This document shows positions 8,547-15,367 of a stretch of 15,367 nt of DNA, one piece after another. This DNA is from Gemmatimonadota bacterium (GTDB lineage: Bacteria; Gemmatimonadota; Gemmatimonadetes; Longimicrobiales; Gaopeijiaceae): contig JBDHHQ010000151.1 in the NCBI GenBank assembly GCA_039589315.1, positions 1 through 15,367 of the forward strand. The letters run 5' to 3'. How positions within the stretch are numbered: the first letter of the stretch is position 1; each line of letters starts with the position of its first letter. The notes below the pieces were generated by a model that saw only the letters and a list, made by a program, of their open reading frames with translations, did no database searches and was not told the origin of the DNA. A program made the position numbers and the translations under genes.

Positions 8547-9015
8547 TGATATGAAAGGGCTGGGGTCAAGAGGCTGGAGAACCCGGGGACAGCTTCGACG
8601 ATGATCCTACTGATACTCGCCGGTTACGCGGTGGACCGCGCAGAGCGGGATTAAGATTCGTCTGGAGCCAGCCGGACTCTAGCATCGGGGATCCGGCCCC
8701 GAGTGGGGGCCTGCCGCATAGCGACGCCGGGCGTTCTCCTATCGTGCCCCGGGTCCACCAAGCCTCAGGAGTCTGACGTTGGCGCGATGATGGGTCAGGC
8801 GGCCTCGTCGAGTCGAAGGTTGTCGGTAGCGGGCTCCTGCATGACGGCCCAGAGGAAGCCGACGAGCTCACGGGCGGCGGCGACCACGGCGATGCGAGAG
8901 GACTTCCTGGCGGCGATCCTGTGATAGAGCTTGTGCAGGCGATGCTGGGCCTTCCAGGCGTGGGCCACGACATGGGGCGGCGCACCGTGTTGTCGTCGCT
9001 TTCGCTGAGGGTGCC
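8546..9015 (-). mobile_element. IS110-family remnant: transposase C-terminus plus ~250-bp right non-coding end
   Basis: 8795-~9010 encodes RRQHGAPPHVVAHAWKAQHRLHKLYHRIAARKSSRIAVVAAARELVGFLWAVM, the typical IS110/IS116/IS902 transposase tail. The downstream end finishes ...CTTGACCCCAGCCCTTTCATATCAG exactly where the ASST gene is truncated. The boundary with kinase 3 (~9015) is approximate. Confidence 0.8.
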
Positions 9016-10021
9016 GCGCGCGGGACCGGTTGTGTCGAGCGTGCCACGGCATACCCGCCGGCCAACAAGGCGCCGCCGAGCACTGCGGTGAGCCAGACGG
9101 GGACGCCGCGGCCCGGCCTCGAGGCGGCTACGGGCGTCGGAGCGGCGGCTGGCGCTGCGGCGGAGCGCGGCGCTGCGGCGTACGTAAACGCCTCGTCCTC
9201 GAGCGCATCCATGAACGTCTTCGCGCTCTCGAAGCGGTCGGCCGGTAGCTTTTCGATGGCCTTCGCGACCGCGGCGGCGACGTGACGCGGTACGGTGTGC
9301 CGGAGCTCGGTGAGCGGCCGCGGGCTCTCGGTCAGGATGCGCACGAGGATAGACTGAGCGCTGGGGCCCGTGTGCGGCGGCTGCCCGGCGATCATCTCGT
9401 AGAGAACGCATCCCAGGCTGTAGACGTCCGACCGTGCGCTCAGGTCGCGGTCCGCGCTGGCCTGTTCTGGGCTCATGTAGTGCGGCGTGCCTAGTGACAG
9501 GCCCGTCTCGGTCATGCGCCCGCCCCCCGCGGCGCTGATCGCGAGCGCGATGCCGAAGTCGGCCCCGACGGGTCGGCCGTCGTGGAGCAGCACGTTGCTG
9601 GGCTTGATGTCGCGGTGGATCACCCCTTGCCGGTGCGCGTAGTCGAGTGCATCGGCCACGTCACGGGCAATCCGGACGGCTTCGGAAACGCCGAGCTGCT
9701 TCTCGTGGTCCAGCTTCTCCCTCAGCGTCTCGCCGTCGATGAACGGCATCACGTAGTAGAGGAAGCCGTCAGCCTCACCCGAGTCGAACAGCGCGAGGAT
9801 GTGGGGATGCTGGAGGTTCGCGTCCTCTTGATCTCGGCCAGGAAGCGCTCAGCCCCGATTACGGCAGCGAGCTCCGGGCGGAGAATCTTGAGAGCGACGT
9901 TCCGCTCATGCTTCAGATCCTCGGCCAGATAGACCGTGGCCATGCCGCCTTCGCCGAGCTCGCGCTCGATTCGGTAGCGGCCTTCGAGGGCGGCGTTCAG
10001 ACGGGTGACGGGATCGGACAT
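9016..10021 (-). pseudogene. Ser/Thr kinase paralog 3, frameshifted and truncated after the TM helix
   Basis: [16 protein letters not shown] start. A 1-nt deletion at ~9822 (AAG AGG AC GCG AAC instead of K-T-T-A-N) shifts the frame. The second frame has HRDIKPSNVLL, DFG, YMSPEQ and TM VWLTAVLGGALLAGGYAV, then joins the IS110 remnant. The propeller is absent. Confidence 0.88.
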
Positions 10022-10029
10022 TGGTACCT

Positions 10030-10357
10030 CGGCGGGAGACTGGGTCGGCTACCACGATAGGGCACCGGCTCGTCAATCGCACTACGGTCGTTCGCCAGCG
10101 ATTGGCGAAAGATGCTCAGCGGTCCGCAGAAGTGTGCCGCTTCACATGGGGTCGCTGAAAAAAGGCGTGGTTCCAACGCGATCCGGTGTGCGTTTAGTGT
10201 GCCGCTTGGTGTGCCAACTGGTCCACACTGGGGAAAACACAGAAGAACTTGAGCGAAGAGCGATGGCCGTAAGCGCTTATCCTGAAGTACTCTAACCGAC
10301 CTGTAACCAACTCACTCCAACTCCCCGAAACACCCCGAATACTGAATGGGGTTCAGG
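10030..10357 (+). repeat. Inter-cassette repeat copy R4
   Basis: GTGTGC(C/G) at 10132, 10186, 10197 and 10209. Core CTGAATGGGGTTCAGG at 10342-10357. Confidence 0.9.
10054..10082 (-). promoter_or_regulatory. Putative promoter GTGCGA-N17-TATCGT of kinase 3
   Basis: Conserved motif with 17-nt spacer, about 33 nt upstream of ATG 10021. Confidence 0.6.
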
Positions 10358-10410
10358 CCTTGTCGGGGATTCAGTGGGTCAGAGACTACGAGCAACCGCT
10401 CTCCGCTCGG

Positions 10411-13095
10411 TCAGCCCTCCGGAACGATCTGTCGCAACTGCTCGGCGAACCCCTGTACTAACACGAGCTCCGACCCTCGTCCGGCCATTCGCTCCGGCAA
10501 TCTGCCCATGAGGAACCGCCCGTCCGCTGCTACATCGACGAATCCATAGCCCTGGTTTATCAGGTACTCCGGCCCCAGCGTGAAGAGCGCGTCGCGGGAC
10601 CGCACCTCGAAGCCACGTGAGGTGGACACCTGGGCCGCCAGGAGTCGCCTGTCCGGCGTCACGAAGAACAACTCCGACCCGTCGTGAGACCAAATGGGCG
10701 TGTGTCCGCCGTCTGTTGAGACCCGAAGACGTCCGGAACCCGTGTCCGGGAAAGGTCTCACGTAGATCTCCCACGCACCGGTCTCATTGGAATAGTAGGC
10801 AATCCAGCGCCCGTCCGGTGAGATCCTGGGCATCAACTCGAAGAAGTCCTCCGAAGTGACCAGCGGCACCAGGGAATCGGAAGCACCCGGTTCGACGCCC
10901 CAAATGTCCTGTTCGCCACGGGGTACCGTGGGATCGCTATTCACGACCACGAGCCACTCCCCGTCGGGGCTCCAGTGCTTCTGGGTGAGCGGTGGTTCGG
11001 GATCGATCAACAGCGTGGGGTCGTCGGCCCCGTCCGCTCGCCTCTGCCAGACGTTATAATCCCCGTATTCACCGCTGCTGTACGTGATCGACTGGCCGTC
11101 CGCCGTCCAGACGGGATACCGCTCCTCGGCTTCCGAGAACGTCAGCCGGTCGAAGGGTCCGTCTGGAAGCTGCTTGATCCAAATATCCCAGTTACCGTCA
11201 ACCACGCGGGTCGTGGCGATCCGCCGACCGTCGGGCGAGAGGATCCACGCGTACCCGCCATCGAGCCCCGGATCGTAGCGCCACAGGGGGTCGACAGGAG
11301 CAGCCTCGCCGGAGCGAGAAACCCACACGAGTTCCGCCATCTGAGTGTCGCTGGCTCCCCCCGTTCGGTAGATGAACGAGCCATCCGTCGAGATCGCGTA
11401 GTCCATCACGTCGAACTCGCTCCGTATCCCGACGTCGTGCAGCAGCCGGGTCGGTGACCCCGAGAGCTGAGCCCTTCGCGTGTCGAGCGGTACCGCGAAC
11501 AGCGCGCCGTCGGTCGTTCCGAACAGGAGGTGTCCCGTCGAGGCGATATCCGGATTGCTCCCCGCCGTCAGTACATGGCGGTCTCGAGTCTCGAGATCCA
11601 GCACCCAGATCTCGGCGTCCGTGGCGTTCCGGTCGTACCACACCTGGAAGACCGCCTTCGTCTCGCCGGGAAGGAGTCTCAGGTGGCCGTGTAGAATCTC
11701 GCCCTCCGATCGCTGGGCGAGCGTGTCCACGGGTCCGCCCGAGTAGGGCACACGAGCCAGGTTGTTGTCGGGTGAGGGGGTCAGGAAATAGACGTGGCCG
11801 TCCTCGCCCCAGTCGCTCACGCGCCCCGCTTCGTCGACCAGCACCCGCGGCGGCGACACTCCATCCAACGGTACGATGCTCAAGGTTCGCTGCGCTGAGA
11901 CGGCGATCTCCCGTCCGTTGCGGGAGACCGCGAACGACGTCACCCCCTCGGTTCCCGGAACAGGCGTCGCCTCGAGGTCCGCCCACCGTCGCACCCATAG
12001 CTGGCTTCCCACCCCGGTCGGGCCGGGCCCTATGTACACGAGCGCCGATCCGTCCATCGTGAACCGCATTGGGCCCGTCGGTTCCTGACCGTCTCGGAAC
12101 GGCGTCTCGAACCGGGCCAACCGTGGTGGGGGCTCGGGTGCAAACGTCGTCCATGCCAGCGCGACGGCGAGTGCAGCGGCCACGACGGAAGCCGCGATGG
12201 CAGTCCACTGCCAGATGCGTGAGCCGTCTACCCCGGAAGGCGCCAAGGCCCCGTGACGGAAGTCCGGATTCGACAACGCCGTGACGAAGCCGTGCGCTGA
12301 CGAGAACCGATCCGCGGGGAGCCTCTCCAGAGCCTTCCGAATCGCCGCATCCACGTGGGGAGGCACGGCCGTCCGCTTGGCCATGGCAGATGCCGGGACA
12401 CCGGCAATGACCTGGGCGAGCACTGCCTGGGCCGTGCTGCCGATGTAGGGTGGATCCCCGGTCAGCATTTCGTAGAGCACACAGCCGAGGGCGTAGACGT
12501 CGGTCGCGGGACCCAGGGCCGTGTCGCCGGTCGCCTGCTCCGGGGACATATAGTACGGAGTGCCCACCGACATTCCCGTCTCCGTCAGCCGGGTTGCGCC
12601 CGCGGTGCCGACGGCAAGCGCGATCCCGAAGTCGGCGACGACCGGTTGACCGTCCTGGAGCAGGATGTTGCCCGGCTTGATATCCCGGTGGATCACGCCG
12701 CGGCCGTGGGCGTGATGGAGTGCCTGCCCCACGGCCTTCGCGATGGCGACGGCCTCTTCCACGGGGAGTTGCCGATCGCGGTCCAGCCGCTCTCGCAGGC
12801 TCTCTCCCTCCACGAGCGGCATAGCGTAGTAAAGGAAGCCGTCGGCCTCGCCTGAGTCGAACAGAGGTAGGATGTGGGGATGCTGCAGATTGGCCGTGGT
12901 CTTGATCTCGGCCAGGAAGCGCTCAGCGCCCACGACCGCGGCGAGCTCGGGCTTCAGAACCTTGAGGGCGAGCTTCCGCTCATGCTTCAGGTCGTCGGCG
13001 AGGTAGACCGTGGCCATCCCGCCCTCGCCGAGTTCGCGCTCGATACGGTAGCGGCCTTCGAGGGCCGTGTTCAGCCGGGTGACGGGATCGGACAT
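10411..13095 (-). CDS. Ser/Thr protein kinase with TM helix and TolB-like beta-propeller repeats (kinase 4, 894 aa)
   Basis: Motifs [62 protein letters not shown] repeats and the family C-terminus LVLVQGFAEQLRQIVP. Confidence 0.95.
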   Translation of the reverse strand: MSDPVTRLNTALEGRYRIERELGEGGMATVYLADDLKHERKLALKVLKPELAAVVGAERFLAEIKTTANLQHPHILPLFDSGEADGFLYYAMPLVEGESLRERLDRDRQLPVEEAVAIAKAVGQALHHAHGRGVIHRDIKPGNILLQDGQPVVADFGIALAVGTAGATRLTETGMSVGTPYYMSPEQATGDTALGPATDVYALGCVLYEMLTGDPPYIGSTAQAVLAQVIAGVPASAMAKRTAVPPHVDAAIRKALERLPADRFSSAHGFVTALSNPDFRHGALAPSGVDGSRIWQWTAIAASVVAAALAVALAWTTFAPEPPPRLARFETPFRDGQEPTGPMRFTMDGSALVYIGPGPTGVGSQLWVRRWADLEATPVPGTEGVTSFAVSRNGREIAVSAQRTLSIVPLDGVSPPRVLVDEAGRVSDWGEDGHVYFLTPSPDNNLARVPYSGGPVDTLAQRSEGEILHGHLRLLPGETKAVFQVWYDRNATDAEIWVLDLETRDRHVLTAGSNPDIASTGHLLFGTTDGALFAVPLDTRRAQLSGSPTRLLHDVGIRSEFDVMDYAISTDGSFIYRTGGASDTQMAELVWVSRSGEAAPVDPLWRYDPGLDGGYAWILSPDGRRIATTRVVDGNWDIWIKQLPDGPFDRLTFSEAEERYPVWTADGQSITYSSGEYGDYNVWQRRADGADDPTLLIDPEPPLTQKHWSPDGEWLVVVNSDPTVPRGEQDIWGVEPGASDSLVPLVTSEDFFELMPRISPDGRWIAYYSNETGAWEIYVRPFPDTGSGRLRVSTDGGHTPIWSHDGSELFFVTPDRRLLAAQVSTSRGFEVRSRDALFTLGPEYLINQGYGFVDVAADGRFLMGRLPERMAGRGSELVLVQGFAEQLRQIVPEG

Positions 13096-13127
13096 CGGTG
13101 TCTCGGCGAGAGAAGCAAATCGCTCTC

Positions 13128-13156
13128 ACGATAGGACACCGGCTCGTCAATCGCAC
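13128..13156 (-). promoter_or_regulatory. Putative promoter GTGCGA-N17-TATCGT of kinase 4
   Basis: Conserved motif with 17-nt spacer, about 33 nt upstream of ATG 13095. Confidence 0.6.
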
Positions 13157-13416
13157 GACATTCGTTCGCGAGCGATTGGCTAGGTGTTCAGACGTTCGCA
13201 GAAGTGTGCCGCGGCACCTTGGGGTCGCCGGATGAGCGCATGGCCGCAGGGCGACTCGGCGTGCGGACTAGTGTGCCGCTTGGTGTGCCAACTGGGCCGA
13301 ACCGGAAGAAACTCAGAAGAACGGGAGCGAAGAGCCGTAGGTGCTAACCCCTTTTCCTACAGCACTCTAGCTAACCTCAGGCCAACTCAGCGGCACTCCC
13401 CGAAACACCCCGAATA

Positions 13417-13447
13417 CTGAATGGGGTTCAGGGGGTCGCCGGTTCGA
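13417..13447 (+). other. 3' fragment of tRNA-Pro(GGG) (att-like; not a functional tRNA)
   Basis: CTGAATGGGGTTCAGGGGGTCGCCGGTTCGA: anticodon arm (GGG), variable loop and 5' half of the T arm with GTTCGA. Confidence 0.85.
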
Positions 13448-13477
13448 GCCGAGCGGCCACTTGGGTGCAGCGTGAAG

Positions 13478-13511
13478 ACGGGGCCTCCCAGGATACCCTG
13501 GAAGGCCCCGT
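13478..13511 (-). terminator. Stem-loop, probable terminator of the SH3-like gene
   Basis: ACGGGGCCTCCCAGG-ATAC-CCTGGAAGGCCCCGT forms a 15-bp stem. Its single C/A mismatch becomes a G-U pair in minus-strand RNA. It lies 47 nt after the stop codon. The U tract is weak. Confidence 0.6.
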
Positions 13512-13558
13512 TCCTGGAGGGTGCCGCTAGATACTACTCGGGTTTCGTCGGGCTCGGG

Positions 13559-14047
13559 CTATCGCCAGATCCACCGCACCCAGTTGCCGTGGACCCAGCC
13601 AGACCTGCAGGGCCCCCGGTACGACTCCGGGTCCGCCAACTGCTCGGCGCCCGCGTAACACTCCGCCGCTTCCTGACCCTCTTGGGGGTAGACGACACCG
13701 TGCCAGCCGTTCTCGTAGTCGCACAGAATCACGAGGTCGCCATTGTGAAGCTCGTCAATCTGCTCGTGGTCGGTGCCAGGTCCCGTGCGCACCGCAAGGA
13801 ACCCGTCGCCCTGGGGGTCGAGTCCCTGGATCTCGCCCCGAGACGGACAAGGATCCATGGTCGGCTGGCTGACGTGCGCAACGGTCATGCGGTCCGCGTC
13901 CTGGGCGTGCACCTGCTGCGGCAGGAGCGGCAGGAGCAGCAGAACGGCGGTTCCGACCAGCGCCGACGTTGTTACCCCACCGGGGCGTCGGTGGCGACGC
14001 CACGCTTCGGGGTTGTTTGCGTTCGAATCGAAAGGCCGTGTAGGCAT
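13559..14047 (-). CDS. Secreted bacterial SH3-like domain protein
   Basis: RBS GGAGGA and signal-peptide-like ALVGTAVLLLLPLLPQQVHA|Q. SH3_3-like GFLAVRTGPG...IDELHNGD...GWHGVVY...SGWVH, with four Cys. Confidence 0.8.
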   Translation of the reverse strand: MPTRPFDSNANNPEAWRRHRRPGGVTTSALVGTAVLLLLPLLPQQVHAQDADRMTVAHVSQPTMDPCPSRGEIQGLDPQGDGFLAVRTGPGTDHEQIDELHNGDLVILCDYENGWHGVVYPQEGQEAAECYAGAEQLADPESYRGPCRSGWVHGNWVRWIWR

Positions 14048-14144
14048 CGTTCCTCCGCAGCTTCAGAAGCGTCGGTCGGGAGCCCTTATCACAACCATCG
14101 GCACACCGCGCCGATTCGATTAGTCATCGTGCGATGGTCGGGGT

Positions 14145-15367
14145 CTACCGATTCGCGTCGTCCACTCGCCGCTTCATGTCCTCCACGAAGCCCGGGATGA
14201 CCCGGACATAGTAGCCGAGGCTCTCGGTCGGCGAGCGCTTGTAGACGACGTCGCCGTCCGGCATGATCTCGAACGACTGGCCGGGGGTGTCCGCGAAGTG
14301 GGCGTCCGAGACGATCGATTCAGGGCCCTCGAACGGAGGATCCCGGGCGGGATCGATCGTTACCGAGTAGAGTCCGGCGCCGCTGGACACGGTGGCCGTG
14401 TCGCTCAGGAATGCCCAGTAGACCAGCTCCGTAGAAGACGCCCATTGCGGATCTTGCCCGCTCGGATCGATCAGATAGCGACGATCCAGGTCGGGCCAGG
14501 GCTGAAGCTGAATGCCGGGGGTCGACTGGTTCTGATAGGCGATCCAGCGACGGTCTGGGGAGATCTCTACAAAGAATGCATCGACACCGATCGGCTCCAC
14601 CGTCGGAGGACTCGAGGTCAGGTCGATCATCTCGGCTGATCCCGAGCCCGAAGTCTGTCCAACGAGCAGAGAATCGTCGGCCAGGTAGGTCGTCGGAACC
14701 ATGTACAGGTACGGGTCACCCGAAAGAAGGTCCTTCGAGCCGGCGTTGGAGTCGATCTCCAGAGACGCAATCGCGTCGCTCTCCGGAGTCGGGAACCTCG
14801 CAAAGACGACGTGCCGCCCGTCCGGGCTCCACACCGGCGTCCCCACGTAGTTGGCACGCTCCAGAGTCTGAAAAGCCCCCGTTCGGAGGTCGTAGATGCA
14901 CAGCTCCTGCTCCGGAGGCCGTCGATGACCGACGCGAACGAACGGCCATCGGGGCTCACGGTGAACCGCAGGTGGATGGCCGTCACCGTCCGACCCGGCG
15001 CCATACCGGAACGCGGGGTCGCCGAGCGCTCGAGCGAGCTCGTCGGCGGTCGCAAACCGATCCGCCGGCAGACTCTGGAGTGCTCTTCGGATCGCTCCAT
15101 CGACATTCGCCGGCACGGACGGTCGATGCTCGGCCGGAGCCACGGGGTCGCCGGAGAGGATCTTGCCCAGCACCGCCTGGGCGGTGCTGCCCGTATACGG
15201 CGGATCGCCCACGAGCATCTCGTAGAGCACGCAGCCCACTGCGTAGATGTCGCTGGCCGGACCGACGTGTTGATCGCCGGTGGCCTGCTCCGGGCTCATG
15301 TAGTACGGCGTACCGACGCTGAGCCCGGTTTCCGTCAGTCGCGCGCCCCCGGCAGCACCGACCGCCA
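14145..15367 (-). CDS. Ser/Thr kinase paralog 5 (5' end outside window), internally deleted (no TM or first propeller); possibly a pseudogene
   Basis: RLTETGLSVGTPYYMSPEQ...LPADRF, then after about 45 aa WSPDG/ISPD propeller repeats and C-terminus VRVIPGFVEDMKRRV. No hydrophobic helix between the two parts. Confidence 0.8.
   Translation of the reverse strand, partial: AVGAAGGARLTETGLSVGTPYYMSPEQATGDQHVGPASDIYAVGCVLYEMLVGDPPYTGSTAQAVLGKILSGDPVAPAEHRPSVPANVDGAIRRALQSLPADRFATADELARALGDPAFRYGAGSDGDGHPPAVHREPRWPFVRVGHRRPPEQELCIYDLRTGAFQTLERANYVGTPVWSPDGRHVVFARFPTPESDAIASLEIDSNAGSKDLLSGDPYLYMVPTTYLADDSLLVGQTSGSGSAEMIDLTSSPPTVEPIGVDAFFVEISPDRRWIAYQNQSTPGIQLQPWPDLDRRYLIDPSGQDPQWASSTELVYWAFLSDTATVSSGAGLYSVTIDPARDPPFEGPESIVSDAHFADTPGQSFEIMPDGDVVYKRSPTESLGYYVRVIPGFVEDMKRRVDDANR

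Larger units (their letters stand above)
13128..13447 (+). repeat. Inter-cassette repeat copy R5
   Basis: GTGTGCC at 13204, 13271 and 13283, with variant GCGTGCG at 13259. Core starts at 13417. Confidence 0.9.

Noticed and set aside
8737..8746. CCTATCGTG matching the kinase -10 motif
   Set aside because: Opposite orientation, inside the IS110 end, and without GTGCG(A/C) 17 nt upstream; probably chance.
1..13447. CRISPR array or classical integron attC sites
   Set aside because: Repeats are ~300 bp with ~3-kb gene-bearing intervals. There are no cas or intI genes and no RYYYAAC...GTTRRRY palindromic attC structure.
438..15322. Numerous plus-strand and alternative-frame ORFs overlapping the kinases
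   Set aside because: Shadow ORFs typical of high-GC coding DNA, often Arg/Pro/Ser-rich and with no recognisable domains.

Overview
GC-rich bacterial DNA. The kinase family and its [34 protein letters not shown]-terminus suggest Gemmatimonadota (inference). All real genes are on the minus strand. The window is a tandem array of ~3.0-3.7 kb units separated by five copies of a ~300-bp non-coding repeat. Each copy ends in a 3' fragment of tRNA-Pro(GGG) (CTGAATGGGGTTCA..., extending to ...GCCGGTTCGAATCCG in the longest copy). The four full copies carry a fixed pattern of GTGTGCC direct repeats resembling tyrosine-integrase arm sites. Cargo is mainly paralogous Hanks-type Ser/Thr kinase - TM - TolB-like beta-propeller receptors: three full-length, one frameshifted and truncated, one C-terminal remnant and one internally deleted. 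Every kinase start visible in the window has the same GTGCG(A/C)-N17-TATCGT promoter-like motif upstream. Also present are an arylsulfotransferase pseudogene, an IS110 3' remnant with its non-coding end, and a secreted SH3-like protein. No integrase or intact tRNA lies in the window. The best candidate novel system is an integron-like cassette array of receptor kinases with variable sensor domains, delimited by tRNA-Pro-derived att sites.
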